Assembly (NCBI GenBank): GCA_964016885.1
Contig: OZ024763.1
Location: 18,786,001-18,850,000 of the forward strand
Direction of reading: 5' to 3'
Length of the DNA stretch: 64,000 nucleotides
From: Eledone cirrhosa
Taxonomy: Eukaryota
The notes under the pieces: generated by a model
Seen by the model: only the letters and a program-made list of their open reading frames with translations
What the model was told of the DNA's origin: nothing
Database searches by the model: none
Translations under genes and position numbers: made by a program
Shown here: in pieces, positions 13,074 through 25,855 of the stretch
Position numbering within the stretch: the first letter of the stretch is position 1
Layout: the number at the start of each line of letters is the position of its first letter

Positions 13074-13189
13074 GTAAGTGGGTCATGAGTGTCACTCAAC
13101 TCTCGGCTTACCAACGGGAGATGACCGATGTCCTTACAAAGATAAGACGGGCAGGAAAGTGACAGTAGATAGATAGATCTAGATTAGTA

Positions 13190-14930
13190 GCACTCCACTC
13201 CCACTCCACTACCACTCCACTACCACTCCACTATCACTCCGCTACCATGCGACTCCACTCCACTACCAATCTACTCCACTCTGCTACCACTCAACTCTAC
13301 TACCACTCAACTCCACTACCACTCAACTCCACTACCACTCCACTCCCCTACCATCTACTCCACTCTACTACCACTCAACTCTACTACCACTCAACTCCAC
13401 TACCACTCAACCCCACTACCACTCCACTCCCCTACCATCTACTCCACTCTACTACCACTCAACTCTACTACCACTCAACTCCACTACCACTCAACCCCAC
13501 TACCACTTCACTCTCCTACCATCTACTCCACTCTACTACCACTCAACTCTACTACCACTCCACTCCACTACCACTCAACTCTACTCCCACTCCACTACCA
13601 TGCAACTCCACTCTACTACCACTCAACTCCACTATCTCTCCAATGCCACTCCACTCCAAACTATCACTTGACCTTCACTCTCACTCATTCTCATCATTTT
13701 TCCTTTTTTATTCTGGATGCTGACAATGATGATGATGATGATGATGGTGGTGGTGATGGTGGTGGTGATGGTGGTGATGGTTGTGGTGATGGTGGTGATG
13801 GTGGTGGTGATGGTGGTGATGGTGGTGGTGATAGTGGTGATGGTGGTGGTGGTGGTGGTGATGATGGTGATGATGGTGATGGTGATGATGGTGGTGGTGA
13901 TGGTGGTGGTGATGATGGTGGTGGTGATGGTGGTGGTGGTGGTGGTGGTGGTGGTGATAGTTGCCAGTTAATTAGAATTTTGTGACACTCCACCCAACTT
14001 TTCACTCCACCTTCACTCTCACTCACTCATCATTTTTTATGATAATGTTGAAAGTGATAGTGATGAGAATTGATTAGAATTGACTGTAGTTTAGTAAAAC
14101 CACACCACACCACACCACACCACACCACACCACACTACACCACACCACTCCACCACACTACACCACACCACACCACACCACACCACACACCACACCACCT
14201 CACACACCACACACCACACACACCACACTACACTACACCACACCACACCACACCACACCACACCACACCACACCACACCACACTACACCACACCACACCA
14301 CCACACTACACCACACCACACCACACCACACCACACCACACACCACACCACCTCACACACCACACACACCACACTACACTACACCACACCACACCACACC
14401 ACACCACACCACACCACATCACATCACATCACATCACATCACCACACCACACCACACCACACCACACCACACTACCACATCACCACACCACAGCATAACC
14501 ACACCACACCACCACACCACACCACACCACCACACCACATACACCACCACACCACCACACCACATACACCACACAACACTACCACACCACCACACCACAC
14601 CGTCACCACAAACACACTACCACCAACACCATACTGAATCAAATAATTGAGAAAAAATGTATTAATTGTTGTAGTAGTAGTAATAGTAGTAACAGTAGTA
14701 GTAGTAGTGGTGGTGGTGGTGGTGGTGGTAGTAGTAGCAGTGGTGGTGGTAGTAGTAGCAGTGGTGGTGGTGGTGGTAGTAGTAGCAGTGGTGGTGGTGG
14801 TAGTAGTAGCAGTGGTGGTGGTGGTAGTAGCAGTGGTGGTAGTAGTAGTAGCAGTGGTGGTGGTGGTGGTTGTAGTAGCAGTGGTGGTGGTGGTGGTTGT
14901 AGTAGTAGCAGTAGTAGTGATGTTGGTAGT
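13190..14930. repeat. Low-complexity block: CACTC/CTAC minisatellite, (GGT/GAT)n, (CACAC)n, (GTG/GTA)n
   Basis: Direct reading. Confidence 0.9.
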
Positions 14931-15112
14931 GACTAATCTAACAGGTTGTCATGGTTACTAATAACATAACTACAGGTGACAGGTGACAGTGGGAGGGCGT
15001 GTCACACCTTTCATCCAATGGACAGCCACCATTTCCTGTTTCAACTCAGTCCTCATGTCCACTATGTCTGTCTGTCTGTCTGTCTGTCTGTCAGTCTGCC
15101 TTTGTGTGTGTA

Positions 15113-15460
15113 TCATCATCATCATCATCATCATTTCATTTTACGTCCACTTTTCGCTGCTTGCAAGGGTGGGACAGGAACTGATTCTGGCTTGATTTCT
15201 ACAGCTGGATGCCCTTCCTAACACCAACCTCATTTACAGTGAGGGCTGGGTGCTTTTTTTGCCGTGGCACCTCCACGACCACTTTGCAGTGGAATGATAT
15301 GACCCCAGTCCCTGTCATCTCATTTCTACAGCTGAGTAAACTGGAGCAATGTGAAATAAAGTGTCTTGCTCAAGGAAACAACACATCACCCGTTCTGAGA
15401 ATTGAAATCACAACCTTTCGATTGCAAGGCCAATGCTCTAACCACTAAGCCATGTGCCTC
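15113..15460 (-). mobile_element. tRNA-derived SINE family A (CORE-like middle, RTE-derived 3' tail, (GAT)n end)
   Basis: Minus strand reads GGAGGCACATGGCTTAGTGGTTAGAGC (A box), B-box-like TTCAATTC, TCCTTGAGCAAGACACTT, GGAAGGGCATCCAGCTGTAGAAA, GGACGTAAAATGA(TGA)n. Confidence 0.85.
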
Positions 15461-15492
15461 CATTTATGTATATATGTATATATATATATATA

Positions 15493-15850
15493 TAATCAAG
15501 GTTTAGCAAATAAGAAAAAGTTTCAAAATAAATTTCAAAAAATTCACTGTACTCACTATGGTTACCTTTACCGAATCGGTTTCGAGTCTCAAAAATAAAT
15601 GGACAGTCCTTGCGGCCTTCCATTGAAAAGATAAACTCTCGTCAGAAGGTTCTTTTCACTCGGAGAATATAAAATTCCCGAGTTCAAATTACGAACTGGC
15701 GCCATTCAAAATTGTTCCCGAGATGAGAATGAATGATGTGGAAGCAATTCTGTCCAGTGCCGTGTGTAAAGATAGAAGCAGAGGCAGGGAGGTCAGTCTG
15801 CTACCACTATAAATAGCAGCAGTCAAAACGACCGAATTTTATCTCGACCT
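15493..15850 (-). mobile_element. Penelope-like pLTR-type remnant in (TA)n
   Basis: Unique ~360-bp island flanked by (TA)n, containing a minimal hammerhead followed by donor-like GTAAC and GTGAGT. Confidence 0.55.
15564..15650 (-). ncRNA. Minimal type I hammerhead ribozyme
   Basis: Minus strand: ACCUU-CUGACGA-GAGU..ACUC-GAAA-CCGAUUCGG-UA-AAGGU. Stem I 5 bp, G-C-closed stem II, near-palindromic stem III, GUA cleavage triplet. Confidence 0.8.
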
Positions 15851-15882
15851 ATATATATATATCTATATATATATATATATAT

Positions 15883-16150
15883 AGACCGGGTGATGTGTTG
15901 TTTCCTTGAGCAAGACACTTTATTTCACATTTACTCAGCTGTAGAAATGAGATGATAGGGACTGGGGTCCCTATCATTCCACTGCAAAGTGGTCGTGGAG
16001 GTGCCACGGCAAAAAAGCACCCAGCACTCACTGTAAATGAGGTTGGTGTTAGGAAGGGCATCCAGCTGTAGAAATCAAGCCAGAATCAGTTCCTGTCCCA
16101 CCCTTGCAAGCAGGGAAAAAGCGGACGTAAAATGAAATGATGATGATGAT
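15883..16150 (+). mobile_element. 5'-truncated SINE family A
   Basis: Matches the reverse complement of 15113-15400. Confidence 0.8.
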
Positions 16151-16384
16151 GATATATATATATATAATCTGGTAGATGGAGACTGCACCGAAGCCTATCA
16201 TACATATATATATATATATATATAGATATATATATATATATATATATATATAATCTGGTAGATGGAGACTGCACCGAAGCCTATCATATATATATATATA
16301 TATATATATGATAGGCTTCTCTGTATATATATATATATATATATACAGTATATACTTGTGTGTAACTGACATTGGAATAGTCAA

Positions 16385-16600
16385 GTCTAAAGTCTGTCTC
16401 AAGCCTGTAGGCTCAGCAGGCCGGTGCTGAGAGTACAAGACTCCCTCGCCCCTGGACAGGATGCCAGCCCATCACAGGGTTAAACTCCCAACTCTTGCTG
16501 GTACTCATTTTCAGTTGAGTATAGTGGAGCAACAGACAACCTACCAGTCCAGGAATCGAACACACAACATTACAGTCATAAGTCCAACACCCTTATTCAC
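16385..16600 (-). mobile_element. SINE family C fragment
   Basis: Similar to 62380-62820 (GTCTGTCTCAAGCC..CCTGGACAGGATGCCAG..CAGGGTTAAA..GGTACTCATTTTCAG). Confidence 0.65.
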
Positions 16601-17091
16601 ATTTGTGGTTGTATAGCCACACTAAGGACCAGGGGTACAGAACCGAAAATCAAATACTACACAGAACATTGCCCCAATCCTGACAGGGGCCTTGAAAAGT
16701 CTGCTGTGATGAGTGAACTACAAGATATCATCAAATGTATCGAAAAGCACTTTTATCAACCTGAAATATACGGTTTTGTTGCTCGCACTTGAACCCACAA
16801 ATCTCTGTGTGTGTGTAAGCCACACTGTAAACGGGGTTGGTGTTAGGAAGGGCACCCAGCCGTAGAAAACCTGCCAGATACAGTCCTATACGAGCGAGAC
16901 ACGGTCAACCGACCAATCTTGCCTCCAGTGGGACAATACCCGTCTAAACCCATGCTAGCGTGGAAGATGGACGTTAAACGATGATGATGATATTATAGTA
17001 GTAGGGGTGATGATATAAGTGGTAGTAGTAGTAGTAGTAGTAGTGATATCAGTAGTAGTCATGGTGTTGGTGGTAGTAGTAGTCATGGTGT

Positions 17092-17130
<39 letters not shown>

Positions 17131-17264
17131 CGGTAGTATCAGTGGTCCGTTATCTAGTTATCTGTCTGTACTATGGTTTATTGTTCTGTACAAAGGAGGG
17201 GGGGGGGAAGCAGAAACAACAAAAATCAATCTTTGTTCTATGACAAAACTGAACTGTTGTTGTC

Positions 17265-17492
17265 ACTCATATATATATATATATCTATATATATCTACAC
17301 TCATATATATATATATATATACACTCATATATATATATATATATATCTACACTCATATATATATATATATATATATACACTCATATATATATATATATAT
17401 ATATACACTCATATATATATATATACACTCATATATATATACATATATATATACATATATATATAAAATACACTCATATATATATATATACA

Positions 17493-17543
<51 letters not shown>

Positions 17544-17546
17544 TCA

Positions 17547-17585
<39 letters not shown>

Positions 17586-17586
17586 T

Positions 17587-17629
<43 letters not shown>

Positions 17630-17630
17630 T

Positions 17631-17715
<85 letters not shown>

Positions 17716-17723
17716 TCATACAA

Positions 17724-17755
<32 letters not shown>

Positions 17756-17855
17756 TCATATATATGTGGATATATATATATACATATATATATAATATAT
17801 ATATATACACATATATACACATATATACACATATATAATATATATACATATACAA
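17265..17855. repeat. (TA)n microsatellite punctuated by CACTC
   Basis: Direct reading. Confidence 0.95.
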
Positions 17856-17857
17856 AC

Positions 17858-18560
17858 ATCATCATCATCATTTTACGTCCGCTTTTCCCTGCTTGCAAGG
17901 GTAGGACGGGTCTTATTCAGCACAGCATCTCTCCACTCGTCACGGTCCCTCGTCATCTCCACCGTGAGCTTCAATGATCTGAGGTCTGTTCTCACCACCT
18001 CTGCCCATGTTTTTCGTGGTCTACCTCTACCACGTCTTCCCTCAACTGGCATTTCCTGGCACTTCTTCACCCATCGGTCATCCTCCATGCGCATCACATG
18101 TCCATACCACCTCAGTCTCCTCTCCCGTACACTACATTCTATCCCTCTCAGACACAGTTTCTCTCTCAACACATTTATGCTGGGTCGTTCACGCACATTT
18201 ACACTGCACATCCAACGGAGCATGCTTGCCTCATTTCTCTCCAGCCGTCGCATATCCCCTGCAGTTGCTGCCCATGTCTCACTACCATGCAGCATCGTGC
18301 TCCTCACACAGGCATCATACAACCGGCCTTTCGTACGCAGGGAGAAACCCTTCTTCGTCAACAGAGGAAGCAGCTCCCTAAACTTCTTCCAACCCGTCCT
18401 TATTCTAGATACTATGGCCTCGGAACACCCTCCTCCCATGCTAATCTGATCTCCTAGGTACCGGAAGCTATCCACCACTTCTATAGCGCCCTCTTGCATT
18501 TGAAAAATGTGTCTATCAGTGCGACTTCTACTGTCTAATTTCCCTGTACATCTACTGCAT
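17858..18560 (-). mobile_element. 3' fragment of RTE (BovB-like) LINE with (GAT)n tail
   Basis: VVDSFRYLGDQI..RIRTGWKKFRELLPLL..KGRLYDACVRSTMLHGSETW..RRLRWYGHVMRM..GRRGRGRPRKTW, typical RTE C-terminus. Confidence 0.9.
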
Positions 18561-18663
18561 ACATACACATATATATATATATATTTATATGTATATAAAA
18601 CACACATATACATGCACATATATAAACACATACACATATATATATACACACACACACGTATAT

Positions 18664-18694
<31 letters not shown>

Positions 18695-19079
18695 TATATA
18701 TATACACACACCTATATATATTCTGTGTTAAGGATCAATGGCATTGTATTGAACAGAAACTGATAAGGACAGACTCCATAGATGATAATAAATATATTAT
18801 GATAATAGTATTGATGATGATGATTTTAATGGTGGTGGTGGTGATGATGATGGTGATGATGATGATGATACTATTGGTGATGATGATGAATATGGTGGTG
18901 GTGGTGGTGATACATAGGAATCTGATGAGGTAAAAATAAAATAAAACAAGATGAAACAAAAAAAACTTATGATAAATAATCCTCCTGATATGGTGGGGTG
19001 GGGGTGGGGTGGGGATGGGGTGGGTTGGGGGTTGGGTGGGGGAACCACCAGATAGGGCATAAAACACACTAGATGACAA

Positions 19080-19295
19080 CAATAATAATAATTGTTTCTA
19101 CTTTAGGCACAAGGCCAGCAATTACCCAGTGCATTACTGGTACTTTATTTTATCGACCCCCCCCCCCCCCCGTAAGGATGAAAGGCAAAGTTAACCGCGG
19201 CGGGATTTGAACTCAGAATGGCAAGGGCCGTAACTCTATGCATCAAAGCATGGCGTCCGACCCTCTACCGATACTGTCAATCCACCGTCTTATAC
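19080..19295 (-). mobile_element. SINE family B copy
   Basis: Reverse complement of the family B sequence. Confidence 0.8.
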
Positions 19296-19650
19296 TAATA
19301 ATAATGGTTTCATTTATTGGCTACAAGGGCCGACACATAGGGGACAATACAATAGACGGGGACAGTGGGGGGGGGGTCTTTACACAATAATCGAGTAAAA
19401 AATAGGAAAACAATAACAATAAACAAGAAAAATACAACAATGAAAATTCCTCAATAGGGAGAATAACTACTGAGAGTTGATTCAGGTACCCCACCAATTC
19501 TGAACCAGCCAACACTTCAAGGGCACCCGGGAATAATGACAAAAACAATAATAATTGTTTCTACTTTTGACACAAGGCCAGGACAAAAACAATAATAATG
19601 ACAAGAGCAACAACAACAACAACAATAATAAATGGAGAAATTTGATTTAA

Positions 19651-22341
19651 CTCTTTAGTATTTACATTTTATATATTATTGTATTTTCATGGTAAACACT
19701 TTACCTCACATAATTATCTCACATAATATCTACATTATATATATATATATACTATCATATTTTCATGGTAAACACTTTACCTCACATAATTATCTCACAT
19801 AATATCTACATTATATATATATATATACTATCATATTTTCATGGTAAACACTTTACTTCACATAATTATCTCACATAATATCTCACATAACATTTACATT
19901 ATATATACTATCATATTTTCATGGTAAACACTTTACCACACATAATTATCTTACATAATATCTCACATAACATTTACATTATATATACTATCATATTTTC
20001 ATGGTAAACACTTTACCACACATAATTATCTCACATAATATCTCACATAACATTTACATTATATATACTATCATATTTTCATGGTAAACACTTTACCTCA
20101 CATAATTATCTCACATAATATCTCACATAACATTTACATTATATATACTATCATATTTTCATGGTAAACACTTTAACTCACATAATTATCTCACATAATA
20201 TCTCACATAACATTTACATTATATATACTATCATATTTTCATGGTAAACACTTTACCACACATAATTATCTCACATAATATCTCACATAACATTTACATT
20301 ATATATACTATCATATTTTCATGGTAAACACTTTAACTCACATAATTATCTCACATAATATCTCACATAACATTTACATTATATATACTATCATATTTTC
20401 ATGGTAAACACTTTACCACACATAATTATCTCACATAATATCTCACATAACATTTACATTATATATACTATCATATTTTCATGGTAAACACTTTACCACA
20501 CATAATTATCTCACATAATATCTCACATAACATTTACATTATATATACTATCATATTTTCATGGTAAACACTTTAACTCACATAATTATCTCACATAATA
20601 TCTCACATAACATTTACATTATATATACTATCATATTTTCATGGTAAACACTTTACCACACATAATTATCTCACATAATATCTCACATAACATTTACATT
20701 ATATATACTATCATATTTTCATGGTAAACACTTTAACTCACATAATTATCTCACATAATATCTCACATAACATTTACATTATATATACTATCATATTTTC
20801 ATGGTAAACACTTTACCACACATAATTATCTCACATAATATCTCACATAACATTTACATTATATATACTATCATATTTTCATGGTAAACACTTTACCACA
20901 CATAATTATCTCACATAATATCTCACATAACATTTACATTATATATACTATCATATTTTCATGGTAAACACTTTACCTCACATAATTATCTCACATAACA
21001 TTAACATTTTATATACTATCATATTTTTGTGGTAAAGGCTTTACCACACATAATTATCTCACATAATATCTCACATAACATATACATTATATATACTATC
21101 ATATTTTCATGGTAAACACTTTACCTCACATAATTATCTCACATAATATCTCACATAACATTTACATTTTATATACTATCATATTTTCATGGTAAACACT
21201 TTACCTCACATAATTATCTCACATAATATCTCACATAACATTTACATTATATATACTATCATATTTTCATGGTAAACACTTTACCTCACATAATTATCTC
21301 ACATAATATCTCACATAACATATACATTATATATACTATCATATTTTCATGGTAAACACTTTACCTCACATAATTATCTCACATAATATCTCACATAACA
21401 TATACATTTTATATACTATCATATTTTCATGGTAAACACTTTACCTCACATAATTATCTCACATAATATCTCACATAACATATACATTTTATATACTATC
21501 ATATTTTCATGGTAAACACTTTAACTCACATAATTATCTCACATAATATCTCACATAACATTAACATTTTATATACTATCATATTTTTGTGGTAAAGGCT
21601 TTACCACACATAATTATCTCACATAATATCTCACATAACATTTACATTATATATACTATCATATTTTCATGGTAAACACTTTAACTCACATAATTATCTC
21701 ACATAATATCTCACATAACATTTACATTTTATATACTATCATATTTTTGTGGTAAAGGCTTTACCACACATAATTATCTCACATAATATCTCACATAACA
21801 TATACATTATATATACTATCATATTTTCATGGTAAACACTTTACCACACATAATTATCTCACATAATATCTCACATAACATTTACATTATATATACTATC
21901 ATATTTTCATGGTAAACACTTTACCTCACATAATATCTCACATAATATCTCACATAACATTTACATTTTATATACTATCATATTTTCATGGTAAACACTT
22001 TAACTCACATAATTATCTCACATAATATCTCACATAACATTTACATTATATATACTATCATATTTTCATGGTAAACACTTTACCACACATAATTATCTCA
22101 CATAATATCTCACATAACATTTACATTATATATACTATCATATTTTCATGGTAAACACTTTACCACACATAATTATCTCACATAATATCTCACATAACAT
22201 TTACATTATATATACTATCATATTTTCATGGTAAACACTTTACCTCACATAATTATCTCACATAATATTGAATCTATGAGATTTTGATATTATTTATTTT
22301 GATAACAATACCTTAACATGGCTGGTTTAAATGCTACAGGG
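19651..22341 (+). mobile_element. Same TTAA MITE family with an internal 80-bp tandem array (~32 copies)
   Basis: TTAA|CTCTTTAGTATTTA ... TAAATGCTACAGGG|TTAA. 80-bp period (sequence lines repeat every 240 nt). Same post-array segment (AATATTGAATCTATGAGATTTTGAT) as at 7000. Confidence 0.85.
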
Positions 22342-22624
22342 TTAATCAACCCCAATGCATTACTGGTACTTTGATTTCATTTATTAGCTACTAAGATCCC
22401 TGTCTTGAGAATACCTTCCTTCCTATCTACTTCCTTTCCTTCCCTTCTGTCCCTGGAGATCCTTAGAATAGGTGTAGGTATTGACCCTTTTATTCCCTAG
22501 TTAAATAGTAAAAAATAACAGTTTTTCTAAATAAAATAAAGCAAACCCTTTTGATAGATTAAAGACACAAACAAAAATTATATTTATCTTCATTTTCTTC
22601 TTCTTCTTCTTTCTGTGTTTCCAG

Positions 22625-22706
22625 ATGAAGAGAGAGCTTCAAACTGTTCTAGTGAGTATGGCCGGAATTCCGAAGTCCGGAGCAAGTTAAGCATTCGTCT
22701 TCCAAA
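22625..22706 (+). CDS. Exon of AFAP1-like adaptor (EERASNCSSEYGRNSEVRSKLSIRLPK)
   Basis: Long pyrimidine tract plus ttccag, gtaagt donor. 82 nt, phase 1 to 2, bridging the flanking exons. Confidence 0.8.
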
Positions 22707-22764
22707 GTAAGTTGAAGGTTTTTTGGGGAGATTTAAAAAGAATATTTTATGAATGAAAGACCAT

Positions 22765-24420
22765 CTGTATGTTGTCTGCATGGTAAGTGCAGTGCTGTAT
22801 GTTGTCTGCATGGTAAGTGCAGTGCTGTATGTTGTCTGCATGGTAAGTGCAGTGCTGTATGTTGTCTGCATGGTAAGTGCAGTGCTGTATGTTGTCTGCA
22901 TGGTAAGTGCAGTGCTGTATGTTGTCTGCATGGTAAGTGCAGTGCTGTATGTTGTCTGCATGGTAAGGGCAGTGCTGTATGTTGTCTGCGTGGTAAGGGC
23001 AGTGCTGTATGTTGTCTGCATGGTAAGGGCAGTGCTGTATGTTGTCTGCATGGTAAGGGCAGTGCTGTATGTTGTCTGCATGGTAAGTGCAGTGCTGTAT
23101 GTTGTCTGCATGGTAAGTGCAGTGCTGTATGTTGTCTGCATGGTAAGTGCAGTGCTGTATGTTGTCTGCATGGCAAGGGCAGTGCTGTATGTTGTCTGCA
23201 TGGTAAGTGCAGTGCTGTATGTTGTCTGCATGGTAAGTGCAGTGCTGTATGTTGTCTGCGTGGTAAGTGCAGTGCTGTATGTTGTCTGCATGGTAAGTGC
23301 AGTGCTGTATGTTGTCTGCATGGTAAGTGCAGTGCTGTATGTTGTCTGCATGGTAAGGGCAGTGCTGTATGTTGTCTGCATGGTAAGGGCAGTGCTGTAT
23401 GTTGTCTGCATGGTAAGGGCAGTGCTGTATGTTGTCTGCATGGTAAGGGCAGTGCTGTATGTTGTCTGCATGGTAAGTGCAGTGCTGTATGTTGTCTGCA
23501 TGGTAAGTGCAGTGCTGTATGTTGTCTGCATGGTAAGTGCAGTGATGTATGTTGTCTGCGTGGGAAGTGCAGTGCTGTATGTTGTCTGCATGGTAAGTGC
23601 AGTGCTGTATGTTGTCTGCATGGTAAGTGCAGTGATGTATGTTGTCTGCGTGGTAAGTGCAGTGCTGTATGTTGTCTGCATGGTAAGTGCAGTGCTGTAT
23701 GTTGTCTGCATGGTAAGTGCAGTGCTGTATGTTGTCTGCATGGTAAGTGCAGTGCTGTATGTTGTCTGCATGGTAAGTGCAGTGATGTATGTTGTCTGCG
23801 TGGTAAGTGCAGTGCTGTATGTTGTCTGCGTGGTAAGTGCAGTGCTGTATGTTGTCTGCATGGTAAGGGCAGTGCTGTATGTTGTCTGCATGGTAAGGGC
23901 AGTGCTGTATGTTGTCTGCATGGTAAGTGCAGTGCTGTATGTTGTCTGCATGGTAAGGGCAGTGCTGTATGTTGTCTGCATGGTAAGTGCAGTGCTGTAT
24001 GTTGTCTGCATGGTAAGTGCAGTGCTGTATGTTGTCTGCATGGTAAGTGCAGTGCTGTATGTTGTCTGCATGGTAAGTGCAGTGCTGTATGTTGTCTGCA
24101 TGGTAAGTGCAGTGCTGTATGTTGTCTGCATGGTAAGGGCAGTGCTGTATGTTGTCTGCATGGTAAGGGCAGTGCTGTATGTTGTCTGCATGGTAAGGGC
24201 AGTGCTGTATGTTGTCTGCATGGTAAGTGCAGTGCTGTATGTTGTCTGCATGGTAAGGGCAGTGCTGTATGTTGTCTGCATGGTAAGTGCAGTGCTGTAT
24301 GTTGTCTGCATGGTAAGTGCAGTGCTGTATGTTGTCTGCATGGTAAGGGCAGTGCTGTATGTTGTCTGCATGGTAAGTGCAGTGCTGTATGTTGTCTGCA
24401 TGGTAAGTGCAGTGCTGTAT
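22765..24420. repeat. Homogeneous 30-bp minisatellite, ~55 copies (CTGTATGTTGTCTGCATGGTAAGTGCAGTG)
   Basis: Exact 30-nt period with a few recurring variants (AAGG/AAGT, GCG/GCA). Confidence 0.97.
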
Positions 24421-24942
24421 GGTAGTGAAACCATTCATCTTCCAAAGTCAGTCAGGTTTGGGAGGTGGGCTGGATTTAAAAAGATATATTATGAAGGAAA
24501 GATTGGCTGTATGATGTCTGCACGGAAAGTGTGATGCTTTGGAGCAAATTAAGCAATCGTCTTCCAAAGTAAGTTGGGTTTTTTTTTTGGGGGGGGGGGG
24601 ATTTTAAAAGAAGATTTTATGAATGAAAAGTTGGCTGTTTGATGTCTGAGTAGCAAGTGCAATTCTGCATGGTAGTGCAATTCTGCGTGGTAGTGCGACA
24701 TTAACCCTTCCAGCACTAAGGGGCTTTTGGAGCCCCTTAGTGCTGGAATAATTTGCTCCAATAATTTGCTTCAGTATATTTGTGCTATGCTTTTTACTAC
24801 ATTGATTTTTCTATGGACTCTAAATATGTTAGTATGATCATGGTTTTAATTTCTTTCTTAGCCTTGAATTTTTGATAAAAAAGTTGAAGCTAATAATAAT
24901 AATACACATGTACACTATATATATATGTATATATATATATTA

Positions 24943-25400
24943 ACTAGGGTTAAAACGGGATGGAAGAAGTTCGGGGAGCTACTGCCACTGCTAGCTGCAA
25001 AAGGCTTTTCCCTCAAAATGAAAGGCAGACTGTATGATGCATGTATACGAACAACAATGTTACATGGAAGTGAGACCTGGGCGCTGTCTGTGGAAGACTT
25101 GCGTAGATTAGAAAGAAACGAAGCCTGCATGCTCCAATGGATGTGTAATAGTAATATATGCGAACAGCAAAGTATAAACAAATTGAGAGAGAGACTGAGC
25201 ATAAGAGGAATCAAATGCTGTGTGCAGGAGAGGAGGTTACATTGGTATGGACATGTGACGTGTATGAAGGATGACAACTGCATAAAAAGGTGCAGAGCAC
25301 TAGAAGTCGATGGAAACCGCAGAGTGGGGGACCCAAGAAGACCTGGGAAGAGGTGATAAAGGCCGACCTTACCCAATTGCACCTCTCAAAGGCGATGACA
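24943..25400 (+). mobile_element. RTE LINE 3' fragment
   Basis: TRVKTGWKKFGELLPLL..GRLYDACIRTTMLHGSETW..RRLHWYGHV. Confidence 0.85.
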
Positions 25401-25507
25401 CACTCTGGCATCACGCAGTAATACAGAAGACTCGGCCCCCCACAGGAACAAGCCGAAGCTGAAGCATATAGACAATATGCTTCTGCGTTCACAGATTGAT
25501 TTTTTTT

Positions 25508-25558
25508 AGTTTCAGAAGATCCTGTTAAGGGCGAAAGCAGCGATTCTTTGCTTAAACT
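25508..25558 (+). ncRNA. Variant hammerhead-like fold (CAGAAGA core)
   Basis: AGUUU-CAGAAGA-UCCU GUUA AGGGC-GAAA-GCA..UGC-UU-AAACU. Second copy at 28687-28739 (-); tail-only copy at 63964-63991. Confidence 0.5.
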
Positions 25559-25594
25559 TTAATCTGTTATTTTAATATATATATATATATAATT

Positions 25595-25855
25595 ATATAT
25601 TCGTGACAGATATTTTTGCATACACAATAACAAAATATAAACAAAAGTATTTATTTCGCGATAAAGTATTGATTTTCTTCGCATAGAAAAAAACCCTGGT
25701 AATATATGACAAATTTTTTTTATAAGCACAAAATGTAGACCCCATCCCGAGGCCGAGGTATTTCGTACTTCTCTGTACTGTTTCAGTTCAGAAAGGAGGG
25801 ATAAACATGCCAGTCTATGTTTAGAATCCCGAGCAACGCCGGGCCATTCTGCTAG
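25595..25855 (+). mobile_element. Helitron-type non-autonomous element 3' end
   Basis: Subterminal hairpin CCCG-AGCAACGC-CGGG about 10 nt upstream of CTAG|T. The 5' boundary is uncertain. Confidence 0.55.

Noticed and set aside
15385-15460. tRNA-like sequence with A and B boxes (also 29101, 45265, 48192, 60750, 62750)
   Set aside because: These are SINE heads continuing into SINE bodies; no complete cloverleaf.
22590-24534. 560-614 aa ORFs on both strands
   Set aside because: Artefact of a 30-bp unit that lacks stops in five frames.
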